64,000 nt of DNA, from positions 4,030,001 to 4,094,000 of the forward strand of contig CP075494.1 in the NCBI GenBank assembly GCA_021613535.1. Reading direction: 5' to 3'. Positions 24,749-36,449 of this stretch are shown here, piece by piece; positions within the stretch are counted from its first letter, which is position 1; every line of letters begins with the position of its first letter. The translations under genes were made by a program, and so were the position numbers. This DNA comes from Adineta vaga (taxonomy: Eukaryota; Animalia; Rotifera). The notes below the pieces were generated by a model that saw only the letters and a program-made list of their open reading frames with translations, ran no database searches and was not told the DNA's origin.

Positions 24749-25438
24749 CAATTTTATTAACTATAACACTATCATAAATAATCACAATATTAAAAGAATG
24801 AAAATAAACTGGAAAAAAATCGTATTTAAAGCCTTTTAATAATGACATATGCAATATCAATTTACCATGTTTTCATTTTCTCATACTATGATTACATGTG
24901 TTTTTTTTTAAATAAAAAATATTTTTTTAGTTCGCCCAGTAGGATAAATTAATAAATAGATTTTAAAATGCAAACCATCGCTCACATCTGAAATAATAAA
25001 TATCAAAGAAATGAAATTTAAAAAAAGAGAAAAGAAGTATCAATCTGTAATAAAGCAATAAAATTCTTTTTATCTTTTTTTCATATTCTCGATGATATTT
25101 ACAGCGATTATTATCGCTTATAAACGACATCATTTGATACTTATATTATCTATACCTATATAAATCTTTATTTATGCAATATTTTATGATCTCTGACAAT
25201 AATATTGAAAAGTAAAATTTAACAACATCAGCGTGTATCGTCCAGAGTTATTCATTACAAACTAGTGTCTATGAGTAGATCACTGCAAGAACTATCCTTG
25301 TTTATTTATTGCATTTTAAAAATACATTTTCTATTGAAAGATAGTAACCATAACAAAATGTTATGTATAGAATAAACACAAGAGAGAAACAGATAATTCT
25401 CGGATTAATGTGTCTTATTTTTGTTCTTTTTCTAGACT

Positions 25439-27876
25439 ATGTGGTTATGTTTTACCTTTCAAATATTCTTCTCACTTGTAATGGTGAACAAATGCAATGG
25501 CATTTCGAGTCCTATCCAACCATTTACTGAATACAAACATTCTATTGAACTCCAAACAAATATTTCGGATCTTTGGTGGACAGTTGATGATGCCGAACAA
25601 GAAATTCTATTCGAGTTGCACATGAAGACAACAGGTTGGATTGCTTTGGGTATTAGTCCAGGTAGATGAATGTAACTTCTTGAAGTGATGATGATTTACC
25701 TGAGCATATATAGGTGGTGGTATGACGAATGCTGATATTGGTGTTGGATGGATAGATCAGATGGGCACTGTTCACTTTCAAGTAAAAGGAGCATCATCGT
25801 CTTCCTCTATTTTACTTGATTAATCTCTTCAGGATCGTTATGCCTACAATCGCTCGAGACCTGTCATTGATCATACAAAAACAGATTGGTTTGCTCTTCA
25901 AGGCCGTGAACAAGATGGATGGACAGCCATTCAATTTCGACGATTGCTTGATACATGTGATTCAATGGATGTTCCAATAAAAGTAAAAGATTCTCTTTAT
26001 TGATTTACCAATGTTATTCATCTAGTCTGGAACTAATATTTTGATCTATGCGTATGGTCTTGTTGATCCTGATCCTAGTCGTCCCGATGGGGATATTAGC
26101 TATCATGAGAACCGCAGAGGTACACGCATGATTCCACTTCGATATTATATTGATCAAGCTTCCGACGCGAAATATGCCAATTTTGATTCATTCGACTTTC
26201 GTTTGAATCATACAGGTTACTTATTATCTAAAACTACATTCTTTTTCTTCGTACGTTTGTCAATATTTAGTTCCCCCTGCGGATACAACCTACTATTGCA
26301 AAGTATTTAAAACTGAAATTAAATTTCCAACAAAACGACATGCAATCGCAGTACGATAGATGTCTCTTTTTGTCCTTCTCAAATAATTTCTAATTTTTCA
26401 GCATAAAATTCTACTTGATTCAGACAATCGCGACTTTGTTCATCATATGAATATTTACGAATGTGATTCTCAGGCTCAATTCGACGACAAAAATCTACCT
26501 GATGATGTATGCGATCATATCCGTGATCAGATCACGTTGTGTTCATCAACTATTGTCGGTGTATGGTCTGTTGGTGGTGATGAGGTGAGTTTCATGTTTG
26601 GTTTCTTGAAACACATAATAAACCTTATTAGATAATGGAATATCCTGATGAAGCTGGATATCCTGTCGGTGGCGATTTTATTGTTAATTATTATATGATA
26701 GAAATGCATTATGACAATCCACATCTAGTCTCAAGTATAAATAAATTCAACTGAATTGTTGATATGAAAAAATATATTGCGTCTGTTTAGATAAACGAGA
26801 TACGACAGGCATTCGATTTTATCTTGGTCATAAACTTCGTGAACATGATATTGGCTATTTGACGTTTGGTACTGATGCGACTGCACAGGCTTTGGCTATT
26901 CCAGCGGGAGTAGATCGATTTATTGTCGACTCCTATTGTCCTGCCAATGCAAGTCATGTATGTATTTGAAGAAAACTCAGAGAGAAGTATGCAAAATGTC
27001 TAATTTTATTATCTGTTTTTCTTTAGAATTTTCCAAAATCTGGCATTACAGTATTTTGTGCCTTGGCACACACCCATTTACAAGGTAAGAGAATCAATCG
27101 GCTAGAATTTATATATGACTATAGAAATAGGTCACACTGTATGGACCAAATTGATTAGAAATAAAGTGGCTATTCAATATTTGTTCAATAGTGAAGCATA
27201 TAATTTCAACTATCAATTTCATAATCGTCTATCAAAACGAATTCAACTCTATCCAGTTTAATTTCCTGTTTTTTTTTCTATTCGAATTATTTCTTCATCT
27301 TCTATATTATAGGGTGATGAATTTGCTACACGATGTGTTTACAACACGAAGAATAAAAACATAACTACATTAGTAAAGAAAAACATTTCGCTTCTTCATC
27401 AATCTTTTTCTTATTGTTTTTAGGGTGGAGGACGAACAAAAGATGAAATGTGCAATCATGGTTTCATCTATTACCCTCGAATGATTGATTTATCTATATG
27501 TTTGACACATAATGAATTGTCGGCTTGGAAAACTATTTTGAATGTATCCAAGTAAGTCTACAATTTTGTGTCCTGAGATATTATATATACCATCTTTGTT
27601 TTCAGAGACAATTTCGATGACGTCACATTTCAACAAACGTTAATGAACATTACATGGACACCTCAATTGGCTACTCAATGGCAAACTTTTTATGAGAAGG
27701 CAGCTCGTGGTGTTACATATGGTCGAAGCCCATTTGTTAAAACCGAAACATTCGCCACTTTACCAAACTATCAAGATTTAGAGCCTATGCAATGCAATTG
27801 GGCAAGTTTTCAAAAAGTATCTGTTCTTTTTGTGCTAGTGATACTTATTGTGAAACAAGGATTAATATTTATTTGA
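25439..27876 (+). CDS. MOXD1: DBH-like copper monooxygenase (DOMON + Cu type II domains), multi-exon
   Basis: GWIALGIS.GGGM..ADI (DOMON), VHHMNIYEC, MHYDNP, AHTHLQG and DEMCN copper ligands; about 12 short introns; hydrophobic C-terminus. Confidence 0.85.
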
Positions 27877-28048
27877 ATTGAATTTGAGAAAAAATTCTTC
27901 TCTGTTCGTTTTTTACATTGATTAAATAAAAAAGTAGTCTCAAGTAATAAAACAGATTCTAGAAATAAGTTGATTTATGACTTTGTTTTAGAAAAGTTTT
28001 AATTATAATCAATGAATATTTATAGAACTAACAAAAAGAAAACAGTTC

Positions 28049-28734
28049 AGATATATTTTAAATGAATTGTCATATTTAAAATATTATCGTTGATTGATGT
28101 TAAACATGTTGATGTTATATGATTTGTTGATAGAAATATAATTGGTGTACTACTAGCTTCAGGAATAACATCTCTTGTCAAGTTTAGTAATGACAAAAAA
28201 CATGGAAATAATTACATTTTTAATATCCTTTATAAGATTTTTATGGTTACAAAATGGCCAATAGCATTCAAATATAAATATAAATTCTATCCATATACTC
28301 ATACATTTCTATGTCTTTTCGAACAGCCTATTCTGGTTTCAGTGACAGTAGGAGATTGATAAATATAACATCTTCCATTTTGATAGTTTATTGATGAATT
28401 TCTTTGTTCCATACAAGTGATTGGAGGCAATATTGTTGGTAACGGTTGATCTAATCGAAGTAATTGACGAAGATTTTCAAGAAATTTTTTATGAGAATAG
28501 TTTCGATATTGACTGAAAATGTTAGATTGATTTCAATCGTTAAATCTGTTAACGTTTGAAGATGTTTGTCGAATCGTGCTGGAAAATGCTTCTGAGAAGA
28601 TCGAGTGATTTTAGCAGATATTGTTTTACATAATCAAATTGAATTTCAACAAAGCAAAGATTTGTTGAGACAGTTTGAGGGTGTAAAGTTACATCAATTG
28701 ATAGAAGAATAAGAATACTCAAACGAATTATCAT
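28049..28734 (-). pseudogene. Probable decayed secreted Cys-containing protein
   Basis: Signal peptide, then out-of-frame coding-like segments (ITCMEQ...GRCYIY...GCSK; ECYWPFCNH); no consistent splice solution found. Confidence 0.35.
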
Positions 28735-29138
28735 GGTTAAAATTGATTAACAGAAGAAAAGAAAACAATAATCAATAATGCATAAATCTTTCTTTGACAA
28801 TAATAAATGTAATATCATGATTCGATCATTTTTATGAACAAATATTTAATAATAAACAAACACGTTGAAAAGATAAATATCCCAGTCTGACATGTTATCT
28901 CTATGAATTATAAGAAAGTTTTTTTTACCTTATTTTATCAATCTCGTTAGAGAGAATATGTCGCTATTCCCATGTCGAACAAAGCAAATATTTCTCTTGA
29001 TTAATAATCGATGGGGACATTCTAAAATTTCTCCTTTATTCAATCAATTTCGATATTACCTAGAGAGTAAATACTTTTGAGACATAGGTATATAGCATCT
29101 CTTAATCGACATTCATCTTTTTCCATATAAATCTTCAT

Positions 29139-30188
29139 TCAAAAAGGTAACGGTTGAATTCCACTGATAGCTGCATTACACAACGATCCAAAGCATGAAG
29201 AACGAAATAAATGACATAGATCAGTATTTGTTTTTGCTCGTGGTTCTGGCATAGTGGTTGATTCAAACCCAAGAATAATATGCCAAAGAAATTCCATGGC
29301 ACCACCAAATGTTTTCAATAAATTAGTTCCTGGAATTTCTCGATCACGAGGATTAGTACAATATGGTTGAATACTTGCATTGTAGAGTGTCGACCATTGT
29401 TCATATGTATAATGATGAATACGTTCTTTTCTCACATAAAACTGTGCACAACACATCGTCGAATAGGTACTCATATCTTTTCGAATGTGATTCGTTGGAT
29501 TTAATTGTAATTCTCCATCGAAATCAAGTAAACCTAATAGACGTACGGCACATTTATATATAAATGTAATATCATCAACTGGATCAGGAATTCCAGCAAT
29601 CCAAGGTCGATTACCAATCCAAATATTATTCACATTTGCATAAAAAACATCATCACGAATACATTGTGCTGCTTCAATTGGATAGAGTCCATGTTTTTCG
29701 GGTTTTCCATGAATAAATAACATTTTATCAGGTAGATCATGATAAAAGTCATAAATAAACTTCAAATATACCCCTGCTTCTTCGTGAACATTTTGACAAT
29801 AAGGCCAATTGAATGGAGGTTTCGATTCAGGATCAAATCGTTGATAGAGATATATATCATATGGTCGAGATGGACTCGTATTAAAGATATCTAAACCTTG
29901 TTGTAACCAAAGTGGCCAAGTAGATTTCTTATACCAATCGATCTCTCGATACATTGCAGGAATAATTACAAGACGATTTGTTCGCCATCTACTTTCTTTC
30001 AAAGTCGAATTTGACAATGAGGATCTGTTTGATGAAATTGAAAAGAATTTTGAAGATAGAGGAAATATTATCGTTCGATAATCTCGATAATTCGAAAAGA
30101 ATAGTAGAAAAGCACCAGATAACAAACAGAAAACGGTAAATACAGTGATTTCACTAAACGAAATCAATCGAATAAAGACAATCTTCAT
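29139..30188 (-). CDS. DUF3431-family type II membrane protein (putative glycosyltransferase-like)
   Basis: N-terminal TM; EAGVYLKFIYDFYHDLPDKMLFIHG, CCAQFYVRKERI, EFLWHIILG; intronless. Confidence 0.8.
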   Translation of the reverse strand: MKIVFIRLISFSEITVFTVFCLLSGAFLLFFSNYRDYRTIIFPLSSKFFSISSNRSSLSNSTLKESRWRTNRLVIIPAMYREIDWYKKSTWPLWLQQGLDIFNTSPSRPYDIYLYQRFDPESKPPFNWPYCQNVHEEAGVYLKFIYDFYHDLPDKMLFIHGKPEKHGLYPIEAAQCIRDDVFYANVNNIWIGNRPWIAGIPDPVDDITFIYKCAVRLLGLLDFDGELQLNPTNHIRKDMSTYSTMCCAQFYVRKERIHHYTYEQWSTLYNASIQPYCTNPRDREIPGTNLLKTFGGAMEFLWHIILGFESTTMPEPRAKTNTDLCHLFRSSCFGSLCNAAISGIQPLPF

Positions 30189-30679
30189 GCAAAGAAAGAC
30201 ATTACTGACCGATTTGTAAGACAATTCATTGTGATTCAAATAGAACAATTATCATCATTATTTTGTTTTACTCCAACATTGTTCGTTTTAATTTCTATAA
30301 CTATTATTCATGTAACGATGAAAAACGAGCATGAGAAGAAAAAAATGTCGACATGTTTACATAACAAATGAAAAATAAAACTATAGCATTCATTCAAAAA
30401 TCCGTTTCATCAGTAAGTAGAAGAAAAAATTCGAACGATTTTTTTTTCGATTCTTTCTGCCTTCAATGGTTGTTTACATATTAAACGTAACAAACGATTA
30501 TGTCTGTACAATATATAGTTTTACCAATATTGAATAGGAAATATATCTATTTCGTATGTAAAATATTTTGAGTGAAAATTTTGTTTCTTATTCAGTTTAT
30601 TATGCTTGTATAAATGGACAATAAACATACAAAACAATATCTCATATCTATTCTCCTGCTAATTCTTTTTATAATATAA

Positions 30680-31050
30680 ATAAAGCAATCATAATCAAAA
30701 ATAGTGATATATTAACAAATGCAAACGTAATATGAAAATCCTATGAAAATAAAATTTGCATCAGGAATACCATAAGTACTACTAAAATAGATACAATGAT
30801 AACTATTCGATGGGCCATTCGTAATTCTTTTTGTACCTGAAATAAATCGCTGGCACACACTTCACGTTTATTCACCTTTTTAACATAACGAACTAATTTG
30901 AAATAGATAAATATGACGATATTGGTTAGTATCATCTATATAGAATTGAGACTAAGTAAAACTAGATTGTTTCAAGTATAAAAATATGTCATTCGTTATT
31001 TGTAGTATTGATTTGAACATCCAATCTAAAGGAAAACCATGAAAATATTT
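30680..31050 (-). pseudogene. GPCR remnant (TM4-TM7), paralogous to 17768-18694
   Basis: IYFKLVRYVKKVNKR...QKELRMAHRIVIIV versus IYYKLIQYVKEMSKR...ERELKMVRRTIIIV; contains stops and lacks the 5' half. Confidence 0.7.
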
Positions 31051-34000
31051 GTTTTCATTTAAATGGTTCTCTATATACCTTCTGATATAAATTGAAAATA
31101 TAGCAAGACCTGTTATTGTTATCATTAATAGTATACAGATGAGAATAATCTTCAAAGAACATTGAAATGATGAATGTTCAACGTGTTTATCAGGCATTTC
31201 TATCGAAGAAATCTGTTGAACAGGATGTTTTCGTTTCTTACGAGATTGATAAATTTTGAATATAATCTGTACGATTGTAGGACATACCCATTGAAGAACG
31301 ATTGTTAAACCACCTTCAAGACCAAGTATGAGAGTTATTGTATAGAGTAAATTAAAATGTTGAATATAAGTATATGAACATAATAGTGGTGAACATTGTT
31401 GAAAATACGATGAATAATTAATTGTTGTTGTCCATTGTTCAACAAAGAGATCATCGATAAGTTTGTTAATAGTTGTATTTATCGAAAATCGACTTGCCGT
31501 TGTTGAAAGTGGCTTTGAAGAATTGATATGATTCGTATATTGTTGAATAAGATTCAGACATGTTTGATCGTAAAAACATTCAAGAGTTGAAACAAGAAAT
31601 GATTCACTTGGTGTACAACCCATTTTTAAACCTTTAATTGGAATCAATTTCAAAGGATTCATTTGAATGAAATTCGCTTGAGTAGTACAATTTGAATGTA
31701 ATCCACAAGAACATTGTTCATCGTAGATAAGAGCTTGAGTTGGTGCATAACTTCCGTAAGGATCAGCCCAAGGTACAATATATTCAAAATTCGTTCCATA
31801 CATTGATATAATCGCATTTCCATGATTGACACTACGAATTAAATAGAATAGACGAGCGAATGTATTTGATGCAATTGGTTGACTTCGTTCGATTAATGAA
31901 TCAAGACGTTTATTGAAAGTTTCTTCTGAGAGAAGTTGAGTTGTGACTAATAAAGAAGAAAGAATTTGTTCAATAGAATCCTTTACTGTTTGTATGGAAA
32001 GTTTGCATAAGCCAGTCAGAAATTGTAGATGAGCAGAAAGAAAACGACGATAATCGTTTTGTACGTAAGTAGAAAGATTAGACATAAGACTGTTAGTAAG
32101 ATCAATTCGCCATTGATCCGATGCAAACGAACTCGAACAGATCTAAAAAGATTGGTAAGAATGACAAAACATGACGTTAAAAATATTTACCTGGTGAAAT
32201 ATTGGTTGAATATCAACAAATCGATCATATGGCGAAGCAATCAATGAACAAGAACATTCTAATTTATCTCCATAGATATCTTTGATATATTTATACTGAT
32301 AAAAAGATGGTCGATCAAATGTTTCTTTTATTGTTCGTGATTGAACGATCGTATATAAAATAAGAATAACAAAGCAAATACTAAGTAGAACAATATATAA
32401 ACGAGTAGCCCATCGGCCAAGATGTTGAGCAGTGGTTTGATCAATATTATTACCGAAATCTCGCATAAGAAATATATTTAGACTAACAAAAGTCTTATAC
32501 GACAGAGTAATTAAATTCTTAGCTTTCGTTTTCCATCGATCGGACAATGTACAATTTACATTAGCTCGTGATGGCTGTTGTTTTTTCGTGCATAATCCTC
32601 GTACATGGAAAATAAATTTGCCAAGATAAGGTGTAAGAAAATGTAATGAAACAGTTAAACCTCCAATCATCGACAATAATGTTATTAACACTCCGATCCT
32701 AGTTTTCGAACGAACTCTTTCAGAGTAAGTACAATGACTTGGTGCACATGAATTATAATATTTATCATATAACAACGATGGATTCCATTGTTCGATCATC
32801 ATATTTTTTACAATAGTTGAAATTGAAGTATTCGGAGGAAAACGATCTACTGCTGGATCATAAACAAGAGAACGAGTTTCAAACAATGATGGGTATGCTT
32901 CATATAGAGGGGATGCTTGTATCTTTGTAAGATTTAACATATTTGAGAGACAATTCGAATTTGAATAAAAACATTGAAGTGTTGAAAGAAATAAAGATTT
33001 AGTAGTAGTACAACTTCTCATAAAATCTGGTAGTACAGATATGAGACTATGATTATAGTCATGCTCTGGATTATATGTATTATTGTACATAGCACTGATA
33101 CTTTGACAATGTGGATCGTTCGCACATAGACATGTGTTCACTGTCGAATTCACAGTAACAACTTCCGGTAGACGGAATGTCAGCTAAAAACAAGAGAAAA
33201 CATAATTGTGTTTGATTTTAGATGCAAACCAAGGATTCGAAATGAGTATACCTCCAACCATTCATCACCGGTTGTTTCATTTGTTGCTATATGTACAAGT
33301 AAATTTTCATCATCTATATTCCAGAAAAGTACCACTGATCCTGTATAGGGTTGATCGACTTGTATTAGAAGATTTGCTGTTTCAACAAGAAGATCAAAAT
33401 AAGTAATTGTTGTATGATAGAATTGATTGAGAGTAGCATTCATTTGTATATTAAAATCCGTTTCGTTTAGAACATTTGATGCAACAAATGATTGTAGGAG
33501 AAAGTGACTGACAGCATTGTTTTTAGTTTTATTAGCTAGTTGGCAGAGATCAGATAATAATTGCAAATATCCATGAGCTTTATTACGCCAATCTACAGGA
33601 GCCCAAATCGATGAAAGTTCTTCCCATATCGAAATCCAATCGGGATCGATAAATTCACTTGAACATACTTTATGTAAAGTTGGACATAATGAAATGAATG
33701 TTTCATAAGGTATTGCCATATTAGTACATGAACATCTGAGTGTTTTCGAATGTAAGATTCGTAAATTAGTGTAAGTATTTAATGATGGATGTGATATAGT
33801 TTTTGTCACGATTTCCGTACTCAATGATGTAAAGAGTACAAGAACAAGAAATGAACCTAATGATATAGAAAACAAAAAGAAATCGATGATTTGAGCGAGA
33901 GAGAGAGAGAGAATAGCTTCTAATTAAATCACCATACCGCTAAGTAAAATTAGATAGAGACATGTGATAATTCTCTGTTGTTTGATATTGGATTTTGTTC

Positions 34001-35660
34001 GTTTATTTTTATCTTTAAATAAATTTAGTCGTGGAAGTGATTGATTAAGTTTGCGTATACGTTCCATGAAGGGTACTAAAAATTCAGGTGTTTGCAAGGT
34101 ACATCTGTAGAACAATCTTATTTTTTATAAGATGATAGGGTTACCTGAATCAACATTTGCGGTTTTTGTTTGCCATTTCAATGGAATTTTAACGAAAGTT
34201 AATGCGATCAAACGAAATACTAAAGTAAGACCACCATACAAACTGATTAAGAGAGCAAGTGCAAAAGAAAAGTTCATTGGATTAGCCGTTGTGTATGTGC
34301 AAAATGACGGTGCACATTCATCAAAATACTTGGAATAGTTAATTTTTGTTGACCATTCGTTAACGAATAGATCTCTTAAATGATTGTATACAGATATATT
34401 ATCATGTTCAGAATGTAGAACAACATTGGACCAATTGAATGATGTCTATATACAAAAATATTATCTCGAATAAATACCGAGACGAATCACTTTATATCAT
34501 GTTTTATACCTGATTAAGATTTGGAAAATATTCAGATAATAATGTAAGACATTCGATATCATACAAACAATCGAATGTGCTTGCGAGAATAGCTTCAATG
34601 GGAGTACACGCTCCATAGAAACCTTTGATCAGTGTGGTATTCGGTTCAGGTATAGACCATGCGTCATGAAATATATAATGTGAACTATTTGAAATTGAAA
34701 AGAAACCGGCTGCACTGATTGGATCTCCTCTACCACATACGGCGTTTATATCTGAAGGTGAATCATCATCGGTACCAGTGTCAAACTGTGTCGGTGTTTG
34801 GTAAGCAGCGAAGTAACCATTATGTGTTCTTATGGAAATAATGCTGTTTGTATTGAGAGCTGAAATTAGATAGTTTGATTGTGTCGTCGTTTTGAGATAG
34901 TTTAGATATGAGATGAGCGTAGTCGATGCGTTATTCTTAAAAAAATTGACAGTGCCATTAATTCGAGATTGAACTTGATTTTCCGGAAGAAGATAAATCG
35001 TGACAAACTGATTATTGTCAAGTTCTATTTGATTTTGCGAAATTGTATTTTGTGAAAGTAAACAAAAACTAGCCAGAAGTTTGAACTAAATGTAAAAAAG
35101 TTGAAAAGAGTTTTTGAACGTAATTTCTGATTTACCTGAGAACTGGCTGTTGTTCGAAAATCTAACGTTCCATATCTACTAGCATCTGCTAAATACAATG
35201 CTTCGATCCATTCTTTACTAACAAAAATACTCGAACAAACAGGATGAAATATGATTGAATTTGAAACAAAGATTTTAAACGGAATGGTAATTTTCGAACA
35301 TGAACATAAGAGTGTTTTCGGATGTTTGGTATAGAGTTCATAAAAACGATCAGGTGTAATATCAGATATTGTAATCGTTCGGGATTCTGACCTCAACAAA
35401 GCCATGTAAAAAAGAGTGTAAAGAGATGCTAAAAACGAGAAAAAGTTTTCAAATTTCGAGTATAAATATAAACGATTGTCTCAGTTACTTGAAAGAAGAA
35501 AAACATAGAGCCAAGTTGCATATTTTTGATATTTTAAAGCAGTTTTCGTATCCAGTGGTTGATCATGTTCATCGTCATACTCATCTTCTTCAGGCATGAA
35601 CAGATTGTAATTACACATGTGATTGGAAAGCCAACGGAAAACCCTTCTAGGTTGTTTCAT
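30952..35660 (-). CDS. 1422-aa membrane protein with three tandem TM-Cys-rich ectodomain-TM units (putative single-chain trimeric channel) plus a 7th TM
   Basis: Eight exons (35660-35489, 35428-35136, 35085-34510, 34445-34145, 34075-33938, 33856-33252, 33183-32191, 32142-30952) total 4269 nt, open throughout. Each unit has LY..LLS, L.CSC, H.(V/I)CSS.F, L...C.L, CT....L.ST..C.Y, .E.W....Y..Y...C.P..C.Y and GGLT. Confidence 0.85.
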
Positions 35661-36449
35661 TGTAAAAAAATAATGTATCGAAAGTCAACGGCTTGACAAA
35701 TTTGAAGGTAATTTCGATAATAACGTAAATTGTCTATTTGTAAGCATCTATATTACATATATTTCTCTATGTATTTTTGTTTTACTTCATACGTAAAATA
35801 ATATGACTAGATGTTAATATTTGAGGATTAAATCGATATTTCATATACTGGTGAAAAAATGAAACCGAAACTTAGGTAAACATGTATAAGTATTATTCAT
35901 GTAAAAGAAATTGAATGGTACATGAGAAAATATAACGTTAGTCACTGGAATCCATGTGTAAATACTGATAAGAATGATAATCGTTTGAGACACATATTAA
36001 TTGTAATTACTATTCATTAGAAAATCTGATTCTTTGTGAAAAGAATGCATTTATAGTGAATATATATCCCGACAGATACGAACGATGCGCTCAACATACA
36101 TCTTTCTATAAGTGGTGAATATTTTACTGTTTACTTGTCCAATGTCTTTCCAAATCTTTGATGATGTTGAATATTTAATAGCCAATGAAAGTACTTTAAA
36201 TGACAGTGATAGAGAAACTGAACTGAAGATGAATGAGATGAGATTCTGTTAACAAATTAGATTTATAATTTCTTTTTCAACTTTTATTGACAACAACTCC
36301 ATCAGTGTTATACCATAATAGGAGCGCAAGTAATTCAAGGTACAAATATAGAAAAATAAGGATTGAACATTATAAAGTATTATTAGCTAGAGATATGGAA
36401 TACAGAAAAATAATGAGCGACAATGTAGAAGAAGTTTTTCGAACAATTT

